From Anaerolineae bacterium (GTDB taxonomy: Bacteria; Chloroflexota; Anaerolineae; SpSt-313): 26,782 nt of DNA. The stretch is from NCBI GenBank assembly GCA_034428955.1, contig DAOUGZ010000300.1:1-26782 (forward strand), given 5' to 3'. Numbering within the stretch: the first letter of the stretch is position 1; each line of letters starts with the position of its first letter. A model generated the notes under the pieces. The model ran no database searches and was not told the DNA's origin. It saw only the letters and a list, made by a program, of their open reading frames with translations. Position numbers and translations under genes: made by a program. Shown here in pieces: positions 7,846 to 15,214 of this stretch.

Positions 7846-8427
7846 TCAAGCGCAGGAACAACACCCCTCCCTCCCGCAAGTTCCAACACGAGCCGCGTAA
7901 GCAGACGCCTCGAACTCGTCCACGCCGCGCACGCCGCCTTCCAGGACGGCCAGGTAGATGCGGCGGCTGAGCCCCCCGCGCAGCCGACCCAGGCGGTAAT
8001 AGTGCTGCTTGATGGCCAGGATGGCCCGGCGGTGCTCTGGGCGCAACTCCCGCTGCAGGCGAGCGGTGAAATCGTAGGCGGTGGTCTCGATGCGGTTGGT
8101 GACCCAGAGGTCAATGCTCCAGTCGCCGGAAGCGTCGGGGCAGTGATCGATGCCAATCTTGACGGCGCCCTCGTCGCGATAGTCGCTGAGGCGCACCTCG
8201 CGCACACGCGGGCGGTCGAGGAGTTGGTGGTAGATCGAGTCGATGATGGGCAGGAGGTCGGTCGCTTCCACCAGCAAGTGAACGTCGATATCCAGCTTGA
8301 CCACCAGATCCAGGGCGACGGAGCCGACCACCTCGGCCCGGCCATAACGGCACAGGATGCCGAGGAGGTTGAGGTCCTCGATGATAGACAGGGCCTCTTG
8401 GCGAAGGGTGGGTGTGCTCACGGGCAT
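7846..8427 (-). CDS. nucleotidyltransferase-fold protein, ANT(2'')/Lnu-like
   Basis: GS-x9-DxD motif (GSVALDLVVKLDIDV) plus a C-terminal helical region. ATG at 8427 is preceded by GGGAGGGA. The track ORF begins further upstream at 8481, but that part lacks an RBS. Confidence 0.55.
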   Translation of the reverse strand: MPVSTPTLRQEALSIIEDLNLLGILCRYGRAEVVGSVALDLVVKLDIDVHLLVEATDLLPIIDSIYHQLLDRPRVREVRLSDYRDEGAVKIGIDHCPDASGDWSIDLWVTNRIETTAYDFTARLQRELRPEHRRAILAIKQHYYRLGRLRGGLSRRIYLAVLEGGVRGVDEFEASAYAARVGTCGREGCCSCA

Positions 8428-8484
8428 TCCCTCCCGCAGGTACAGCGGGCCAAGGCCCGACAGATACATACCTGCCCTCAAAGG

Positions 8485-9705
8485 CTACCGGCCGGCGCGT
8501 CGGTAAGGCAGCAGGCTAAGCACGTCATCGCCGGCCAGCGGGCCGCTGCTCAGGCCGCCGTGCAGGGCCAGGACGCGGCTGGGCGCAAAGTAGCCAAAGT
8601 CGAACTCGACGCGGTCGCCGGCCTGCTTGCCCGGCAGGGGCATGAGGCGAGCGGTGAGTGGCTTGCCTGTGCGCAGGGCGAGGGCACCCAGGTCGGCCAG
8701 GACGCCGGCCAGGGCGTCTACCGAGGCATCGCCGGGCAGAGGCACTGTGTCCAGCCCGGTACCGCAGACGGCCGACATCAAGAGCAGGTCGTGCACGGTG
8801 AGGGCGCCCTGCTCGGCGCGGGCGGCGAGGGCTGCGTCCTCCAGTACGGGTAGCATGAGCCCGGAAAAGCCGATGCGCGGGAAATCGGCACGGTTGATGG
8901 CATCGGCGACGAGAGCAGCGGCGGCCACGCCCCCCTCAGCGCCCGGATAGCCGCCCAAAAGCTCAAAGGCCGTGCCCAGGCTGCGCTCGCGCTCAGGGTA
9001 GGGGGCCAGGCAAAAGTCGAGCCCGGCAAAGCCCACGCCGTGCTCCTGGGCCAGGTCCTCACCTACGGCGGCCAGGCCGGCGCCGGCCTGCTCGAGGGCG
9101 GCAACGATGCGCTCAGCGGCCTCGGGGGCCGAGCAAGCATCCCGGCAGGCCGCCACAGCCAGGTCGGCCGATTCGACAGCCAGCGCAAAGCGTGGCTCAT
9201 CGCTGGCGGCGTAAGAAGCCGGGAAGAAGGGCGTCTCGGGCGAGCAATTGGCCAGAGCGGTGAGGTACAGGTTGCCAAAGCCGTCGCCGGAGCGGGCGGC
9301 GACAGACCGGATCAGCCCTGCTGCACGGCGGCAGGCGCTCAGGCTCAGCCGGGCATGGCGGTCAGCGACCTCGACGCCGGCAAAGACCCGGCCCTCCGCC
9401 AGCGGGCCGGCCAGGGCATCCATGAAAGCAGGGTCGTCGTCCAGGCGCACGGGTCCGATGGCCACATAGTCGATGGCCGCCTCCTGTGCGGCGGCGCTGA
9501 GTTGCTCGGCCAGCTCGGGCACCTGCGCTGGCTCGCCTAGATAGGCCGGGAAGGGAGTCGTCGCCAGGCGGACGGTCTGCACAGCGTAGCCGGCCTGCGC
9601 CAGGTGGGCGCGGGCGGCATGCAGAAAGCGTCCCATTCCGGCGACGGCGGCGCGGTCCACAGGGAAGCGGCCGCCGGCAAATGCGGTGATGGCTCGGATT
9701 TCCAT
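8485..9705 (-). CDS. DUF711 (UPF0210) family protein
   Basis: 406 aa with family-typical segments (TTPFPAYLG, LMSAVCGTGLDTVPLPGD). Confidence 0.6.
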   Translation of the reverse strand: MEIRAITAFAGGRFPVDRAAVAGMGRFLHAARAHLAQAGYAVQTVRLATTPFPAYLGEPAQVPELAEQLSAAAQEAAIDYVAIGPVRLDDDPAFMDALAGPLAEGRVFAGVEVADRHARLSLSACRRAAGLIRSVAARSGDGFGNLYLTALANCSPETPFFPASYAASDEPRFALAVESADLAVAACRDACSAPEAAERIVAALEQAGAGLAAVGEDLAQEHGVGFAGLDFCLAPYPERERSLGTAFELLGGYPGAEGGVAAAALVADAINRADFPRIGFSGLMLPVLEDAALAARAEQGALTVHDLLLMSAVCGTGLDTVPLPGDASVDALAGVLADLGALALRTGKPLTARLMPLPGKQAGDRVEFDFGYFAPSRVLALHGGLSSGPLAGDDVLSLLPYRRAGR

Positions 9706-9740
9706 AGGGCACCTTTCATTGTGTTTGAGGTAATTATAGT

Positions 9741-9775
9741 CAGACCTGGCGGGTTTCCGAAACCCGTCAGGTCTG
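9741..9775. promoter_or_regulatory. 35-bp near-perfect palindrome (17-bp arms, 1 mismatch) in divergent promoter region
   Basis: CAGACCTGGCGGGTTTC-C-GAAACCCGTCAGGTCTG lies between the DUF711 start (9705, -) and the hypothetical gene start (9801, +). TAATTATAGT sits immediately upstream. Confidence 0.4.
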
Positions 9776-9800
9776 AACTGGGGGGGAAGGGTAGGGGGCT

Positions 9801-10355
9801 ATGGATCGCAAGAGCAGGATTGTGATCTGGGTGCTTGTGGCGCTTGTGCTGTTGTGTGCGTGCAGCACGAGCCTCGTGTATGTGGCGCTGCGGGTGTCGC
9901 GGTCGGTGACCACAGACCCGGCAGAGGTAGCGGAGCAGATCGCTACCTACGATGCCCCGGCCGGTTACGAACCGTTCGTCGGCTTTCAGTTGTCCAGCTT
10001 TGCCATGGTGGCGCTGACGAGCCGGCAGACAAACACCATCATCTGCCTCGCCCAGTTCCCCAAAGACTCCAACATGGAGCAGGCCGAGATGGAGCGCCAG
10101 ATGAACGCAGCGTTGCAGCAGGGCGGTAGCACCAGGAACGTCTCGCTGCAGCCGGTGGCCTATGAGGATGCGGTGATCTGTGGCCAGCCCGTCAAGCTGA
10201 CAGTGAGCGAGGGGGAGGACTCGCGAGGTACCAGGGTGCGCCAGGTGGCCGGCGTCTTTGAGGGCCAGAACGGCGTCATCCTGCTGATGATCATGGGCCC
10301 CGCCGCCTATTGGGATCAGCGCACCATCGAAGCCTTCATGGCCTCGATCCGTTAG
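9801..10355 (+). CDS. hypothetical membrane-anchored protein (N-terminal TM helix, about 150-aa extracytoplasmic domain)
   Basis: ATG is preceded by GGGGGGAAGGGTAGGGGG. A TM segment (IVIWVLVALVLLCACSTSLVYVAL) is present. I recognise no family. Confidence 0.5.
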   Translation: MDRKSRIVIWVLVALVLLCACSTSLVYVALRVSRSVTTDPAEVAEQIATYDAPAGYEPFVGFQLSSFAMVALTSRQTNTIICLAQFPKDSNMEQAEMERQMNAALQQGGSTRNVSLQPVAYEDAVICGQPVKLTVSEGEDSRGTRVRQVAGVFEGQNGVILLMIMGPAAYWDQRTIEAFMASIR

Positions 10356-10373
10356 GACGCAGACAGGCCCCAC

Positions 10374-10410
10374 AAGCGATGTTACTGCTTGCGGGGCCTG
10401 CACTGCGGCA
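10374..10410. terminator. convergent-gene hairpin (14-bp stem with 1 mismatch, 9-nt loop), no U-tract
   Basis: CAGGCCCCACAAGC-GATGTTACT-GCTTGCGGGGCCTG lies between the converging genes ending at 10355 (+) and 10500 (-). Confidence 0.4.
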
Positions 10411-10499
10411 AGGTACGACACTCGTCCCGAGAAAGGGAGGAGGGCTGCGAACAGCACGTTCGGGGCAAGCCTTGCGTGCTCCACAGCGTCTCGACCGGG

Positions 10500-11018
10500 T
10501 TAACGCACAGTCCGCCTACCCTGGGGGGTGTCGGGCTGGCCCATCCCGGCTTCCATTTCGGAAGCCAATGCTGTGGGCTTGGCCTCGCCCTCCACACTCT
10601 CCTCACCGGCCACCCGCACCGGGATGCGCACGCGCTTTTGCCACTCGGGCTTTTTGATGCGGATGACCAGCATCCCCGCGGCGATCGATGCGTCGCAGGC
10701 GTTCGCCTCCACCATCGAGGGTAATGCAATGCGCCGATGATAGGGGCCTACACTCCACTCATGCCGGAGATAGTCCTTGGGGAATTGGGGCAGCCCCTTG
10801 GGCCTGGCCTCGATCTCGATGGCATCGCCCTCACAGCTCAACTCCACATCGCCGGGCTCCATACCCGGGACAGGAAGGGTAACGATCCACGTCTCCGCCG
10901 AGTCATAGATGTTGACGGGCAACTCCTGGTGCCAGTTGGCATCATCCCACTCCTCGCCGTCCGGCTTCCAGGGTGCCCAGCTCCGAATGCCTCCGTACCA
11001 GGGAGAAACCCGTGCCAT
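10500..11018 (-). CDS. Hsp20/alpha-crystallin family small heat shock protein
   Basis: Alpha-crystallin domain (ETWIVTLPVPGMEPGDVELSCEGDAIEIEA ... GMLVIRIKK). ATG at 11018 is preceded by GAAGGAGG. Confidence 0.8.
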   Translation of the reverse strand: MARVSPWYGGIRSWAPWKPDGEEWDDANWHQELPVNIYDSAETWIVTLPVPGMEPGDVELSCEGDAIEIEARPKGLPQFPKDYLRHEWSVGPYHRRIALPSMVEANACDASIAAGMLVIRIKKPEWQKRVRIPVRVAGEESVEGEAKPTALASEMEAGMGQPDTPQGRRTVR

Positions 11019-11425
11019 GGTGCCCTGCCTCCTTCGCTACCAATCGCCTGATCCGCGGCTTCTGGTAGAGCAAGATGCATGCCAGGGCGCGAGGCGTGGC
11101 ACCTAATACTGCAACGACACTTTGGGACCTGGCGACTGGAAGTCGCACCTTTGGGGCCGTGGAGCCTCTCGCCGTGGCACCAGATCACACGGCCCCACTG
11201 GGCGCTGCGGCACCGGCTGTCCGCCCCTTGGCGTGCGCAGCACGCTACGCGGACAGGACTCCAATCCCCGTCCACGCAGGTGGACGGCCGGCCGTAGGCC
11301 CCCAGAGCCCGATTTCCAATCGGATGGATAGGAAGTATCGTTGCAGTACTAACACGCACTGCGTAAGGCTGCCTCTTGCGACGAACCTTGCTCAGAGCGA
11401 GATTACGCAATGCGCAGCACTACCC

Positions 11426-13924
11426 TTACTCCGCCGCCTCGCGCGCTATCTGTCGGTAGCCCCGGTTGCTAAGGTACTTGGCCACCTCGACAACGGCGAG
11501 CAAGCTAAAGGCCACGCCCATGATTGCCGCCCACTGCACCGGCCGCAATGGCACAACGCCCAGCAACTCCCGAACTGGTGGGATGGCCACAGCGCCAAAG
11601 GCCAGAGCCAGGCCACCGAGCACGGCCCACGCCAGCGGCTTGTTGCGGCGCAGGCTGCCGCTATGCAGGATGGAGCGCCGTAGGCTGCGGTAGGCAAAGA
11701 TGTAGATCATCGAGTTCACGGCAAAGCTGGCAAAGGCAAAAGTGCGCGCCTGGGCCACATCGTTGTGCATCTGCCAGTAGTGGCCAAAGATGACGAGGGC
11801 GGCCAGAGCGCTGGCGCCGCTGATCACGCCGATGAGCGAAAGCCCCAGCCGCCCGAGAATGGGCTCGCTGACCGGCTTGGGCTTTTCCTCCATAATGCCC
11901 TCTTCCTTCGGCTCGAACCCCAACACGATATCCGACGGACCGTCGCAGATCAAGTGGATCCAGAGAATCTGGGCCACCATCAGGGGCGCCGGCCAACCGA
12001 GCAACATGGCTCCAAAGATGGTCAGCACCTCGGCGAACGAGTTGGAGAGCGTGTAGGCCACGACTTTGCGGATGTTCTCAAAGATCACCCGCCCCTCTTC
12101 GATGGCCGCCACGACCGTCTTAAAGTTGTTGTCCAGCAGGATCAGGTCTGCCGTCTCTTTGGCCACGTCGGTGGCGGCCCCGACGACGACGCCGATGTTG
12201 GCGCGCTTGAGCGCCGGCGCATCGTTCACACCATCGCCGATCATGGCTGTGACCTCGCCGCGCGCTTGCAGCGCTCGGACGATGCGCAGCTTGTCGTTGG
12301 GCCGGATGCGGGCAAAGACGGCCGTGTGGGCCACCCGCTCCTGGAGTTGGGCATCGTCGAGGGCGGCCAGCTCTTGCCCGTCCATGACCTGGCTGTTGCC
12401 GGCGGCCAGGCCGATGTTGCGGGCGATGCGCTCGGCGGTGCGACGATAGTCGCCGGTGATCATCTTGACCTCGATGCCGGCTTTACGGGCTGTGGCGATG
12501 GATTCGCGCACGCCCTCGCGGATGGGGTCTTCCATGGCCACCAGGCCGGCCCAGGTGTAGCCGCTGCGCTCCGCCAGCGAACCCAAGGGGCGGTAGGCCA
12601 GGCCCAAGGGCCGCAGCCCTTCCCCGGCCCAGGCCTCTACCTGCGCCGGCACCTGCGCCCGCTCGGCCTCGGATGCGTCGCACATGGCGAGGACGATCTC
12701 GGGGGCGCCCTTGAGATAGTTAAAGGCCCCTTCGCCGGCACGGTTGGCCGTGATCATGAACTTGGCCTCGCTACTAAAGGGCTCTTCTTCCAGGCGCTCC
12801 CAGCGGTCCGCCAGGGTCTGCGGGTCGGCGCCCAGCTCACTGCGGACAAACTCCCAGAGCGCCACGTCCACCGGCCCTTCCAGGTCGTTGCACAGAGCCA
12901 TAACCTCCAAAGCGCGCGAGCGGTCGGCAAAGGCGCTGCGGGTGACGCGCATGCGCCCCTCGGTCAGCGTGCCCGTCTTGTCGGTGCAGATAACGCTCAC
13001 CGAGCCCAGCGTCTCCACAGCCTGCAGCCGTTTCACCAGCCCGTTGCGCTTGAGGATCTTGCGCATGCCGAGGACCAGGATCACTGTAACGGCGATCAGC
13101 AGACCTTCGGGCACGGCGGCGATGGCTAGGACGATTGAGACGCGCAGCATGTCCAGAAAGCCACGGCGGGCCAGCAGCCCGGTGACAAAGATCAGCGCCG
13201 TGACGCCGACGACCAGGTAAGTCAGCGACCGGCTAAAGGCCTTCAAACGCACCTGCAGCGGCGTTTCCTCTTCCTCGCCCTCCTGCAGGCTGGCGGCAAT
13301 ACCACCCAGTTCGGTAGCGGCACCGGTACCGGTCACGCGCATCACGCCGCGGCCGGCGACGACAGTCGTGCCCATATAGAGGCGGCTATCTGCGTCCTCG
13401 GCACCCTTGCTGACCGGCTCGCTCTCACCGGTCAGAATGGCTTCGTCGAGGGCCAATTTGCTGCTCTCGACGATCTCGCCGTCGGCTGGGATATGTTCAC
13501 CGTTGCTGAGGACCACAATGTCGCCGGGGACAAGGTCCTTGACTTCGACCTCCTGCCGCTCGCCGTCTCGTATCACGGTGGCGGTGGGCCTGATCAGGCG
13601 TTTCAATGCCGTGTAGGTCTGCTGGGCGCGATACTCCTGGAAAAAGCCCAGGACGGCATCGATGAGCACCACGGCCATGATGATGGCGAAATCGCCGCGC
13701 TCACCGGCGAGTAAAGAGATCAGCCCAGCTACCAGGATGATGTACACCAGCGGGCTCTTGAACTGGGCCAAAAGTATGGAGAGGGTCGACGGCCCCTTCT
13801 GCCTGGGCAGGGTGTTCTCACCATACCTGGCTCTCTGTGCAGCAGCCTCTGCTGTGCTGAGGCCACGCATCAGCTCACGTCTGTGCTCAGGAAGCATGCC
13901 GCCGACGTTCATTCGGGTCTTCAT
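11426..13924 (-). CDS. P-type cation-transporting ATPase, type II (Ca2+/Mg2+-type)
   Basis: DKTGTLT phosphorylation site (ICTDKTGTLTEG), TGES, the MITGDYRRTA region and GDGVNDAPALKRANIGV. I prefer the ATG at 13924, which has a GGAGGGAG RBS, over the upstream ATG at 14032. Confidence 0.85.
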   Translation of the reverse strand: MKTRMNVGGMLPEHRRELMRGLSTAEAAAQRARYGENTLPRQKGPSTLSILLAQFKSPLVYIILVAGLISLLAGERGDFAIIMAVVLIDAVLGFFQEYRAQQTYTALKRLIRPTATVIRDGERQEVEVKDLVPGDIVVLSNGEHIPADGEIVESSKLALDEAILTGESEPVSKGAEDADSRLYMGTTVVAGRGVMRVTGTGAATELGGIAASLQEGEEEETPLQVRLKAFSRSLTYLVVGVTALIFVTGLLARRGFLDMLRVSIVLAIAAVPEGLLIAVTVILVLGMRKILKRNGLVKRLQAVETLGSVSVICTDKTGTLTEGRMRVTRSAFADRSRALEVMALCNDLEGPVDVALWEFVRSELGADPQTLADRWERLEEEPFSSEAKFMITANRAGEGAFNYLKGAPEIVLAMCDASEAERAQVPAQVEAWAGEGLRPLGLAYRPLGSLAERSGYTWAGLVAMEDPIREGVRESIATARKAGIEVKMITGDYRRTAERIARNIGLAAGNSQVMDGQELAALDDAQLQERVAHTAVFARIRPNDKLRIVRALQARGEVTAMIGDGVNDAPALKRANIGVVVGAATDVAKETADLILLDNNFKTVVAAIEEGRVIFENIRKVVAYTLSNSFAEVLTIFGAMLLGWPAPLMVAQILWIHLICDGPSDIVLGFEPKEEGIMEEKPKPVSEPILGRLGLSLIGVISGASALAALVIFGHYWQMHNDVAQARTFAFASFAVNSMIYIFAYRSLRRSILHSGSLRRNKPLAWAVLGGLALAFGAVAIPPVRELLGVVPLRPVQWAAIMGVAFSLLAVVEVAKYLSNRGYRQIAREAAE

Positions 13925-14156
13925 AACAACTCCCTCCGGAAGGCTGTCTGCGGCCCGAATTGCGTCTCCCTGCCTTGCCACAGACCGGGCAGGGGAGGGC
14001 GCGAACGCATCACGGGGTATGATGCGCGCCAACGACGATCGTGTGGGGATAAAAAAGAGCGCCGGGGACGGCGAAGGCCGGGTCTATCCCGGCCTTCCGC
14101 CTGATCCCGACGCTCATCTCTACAGACATTATACAGTGCATCTCTCGGGGACACAA
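13925..14156 (-). promoter_or_regulatory. P-type ATPase leader: extended -10 promoter (TTGTGT-17-TGTATAAT), GC hairpin followed by a U6 tract, and downstream hairpins including an SD-occluding CCUUCC/GGAGGG pairing
   Basis: The minus-strand -10 TGTATAAT is the reverse complement of 14128-14135. The -35 TTGTGT is the reverse complement of 14151-14156. Hairpin arms lie at 14070-14082 and 14088-14101 with loop TCTAT. On the minus strand a T6 run (plus A6 at 14051-14056) follows about 13 nt 3' of the hairpin. Further hairpins occupy 13925-14040. Confidence 0.4.
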
Positions 14157-14325
14157 ACCGGGCGTATCCCACGGGTACATACCACCAAGTGTTCATGAGC
14201 GCGGCGCTCACCACTGCGCACGAAGACGGGCATCACCGCAGAGAGCGCCAAGAGCGCAGAGGAAACCCTTCAGAGTCTCAGCGCACTCTGCGTTCTCTGC
14301 GGTGAACCACGGCCCCATTTTCAAA

Positions 14326-14994
14326 TCAGGCGCAAAGGCACAAGGGGAGATGGCCACCCTCCCGGAGGTTTTCGGAACCTCCGGGAGGGTCGTGACTCCA
14401 TAGAGCCCCTAAAGTACTCAACCCCAACCCCGGCGCGAGGCACAGTTCGAGCACGGTAGCAGAGTGGGCGGAGGTGGTGCAGGTGAAATCGTTGCCGGCG
14501 AGAAAGGGCTCGAGGGGCTCGATGCGCACGACGTCGGGGTTGGTGATCGAATTCCCGCTCAGGCCGCTCGGCCCGTGTAGCCGGTGCCCGGCGCCCTCCA
14601 GTTGCACCGCGCCGCCGCCGATGGTCACCTGGATCCAGAACGGCTCGTGGCGGTGGCGGTTGACCAGGGAGAGGTACAGCCGCCCATCCACCTCGTGCGT
14701 CTGCCATTCCTCCTCGCGGCAGTGGACCTCCTCGGCTGCGTAGCGCCGGCCGCAACGCAGCGCCAGCGGACCCTGGGCCACGCCGTGGGGCAGGCCGCCT
14801 TCCTGGCGCACGATGATGCGCTGCGACTGGTTGCCGCTGTAAAAGGTCGTGTTGTCGTGGGTAAAGAGGACGCCCGGCCCTCGCCCCAGCGGGCGCCAGG
14901 GGGAGACGACCCCATAATACCGGCCGCCAACAAGCGTCGCAAGCCCAATCGGCGCCGGCCCGCTGCGCTCGTTGCTGAAACACCGCCTGTTGTG
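14326..14994 (-). pseudogene. 5'-truncated, start-less metallophosphoesterase (purple-acid-phosphatase-like) gene fragment
   Basis: The frame is open across 223 codons (including the stop) from a TAG at 14995-14997 to the stop at 14326, with high GC3 and no ATG. The only candidate start in the upstream 60 codons is an internal GTG at 14811. The product carries VLFTHDNTTFYSGN (VLxHxPxYxS-like) and VDGRLYLSLVNRHRHEPF (GHxH-like) motifs. The N-terminal metal-binding motifs are absent, and there is no room for them before ftsK. Confidence 0.4.
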
Positions 14995-15214
14995 CTATAC
15001 TAGGAGGGTACTAGATTATACGTTCTACTCCAAGACCCGGTCTTGGTGAGCCGGCCATGCCAGGCCGGAGGCCAACCGGGTTTTCCGGCCTTCAGCAGCC
15101 TGCGGCAGTGGGCTCGCTACTCTTGACGCCCAGGCTACCGCCGGGTGTTTTGCTGCGGCGCCACCCGGCCCTGGGCTGCCGAAAGGCCCTTCACTTTAGC
15201 GGAGATTGTGATCC

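Noticed and set aside
6510-8853. Long plus-strand ORFs (6510-7148, 6698-7798, 7795-8853) rich in Arg/Ala/Ser/Pro/Gly
   Set aside because: They are antisense to the well-supported flotillin, nucleotidyltransferase and DUF711 genes. They have no RBS, low-complexity products and wrong-strand GC3. These are typical shadow ORFs of high-GC DNA. The same applies to 11765-13129, 15926-17506, 19629-20282, 20319-21230 and 22795-23904.
11019-11425. tRNA, tmRNA, RNase P or SRP RNA in the hsp20 upstream gap
   Set aside because: No T-arm/T-loop (GGTTCGANTCC-like) with a complementary stem is present. No RNase P P4 (GGAAAGTCCGG / AGGGTGAAA) or SRP (AGGTCCGGAAGGAAGCAGC) signatures are present. Only generic GC hairpins were found.
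14321-14983. Track ORF 14321-14983 (-) as the gene at this locus
   Set aside because: Its product is an Arg/Pro-rich string. The overlapping frame (14326-14994) has the high GC3 and recognisable phosphoesterase motifs, so the real (truncated) coding frame is that one.
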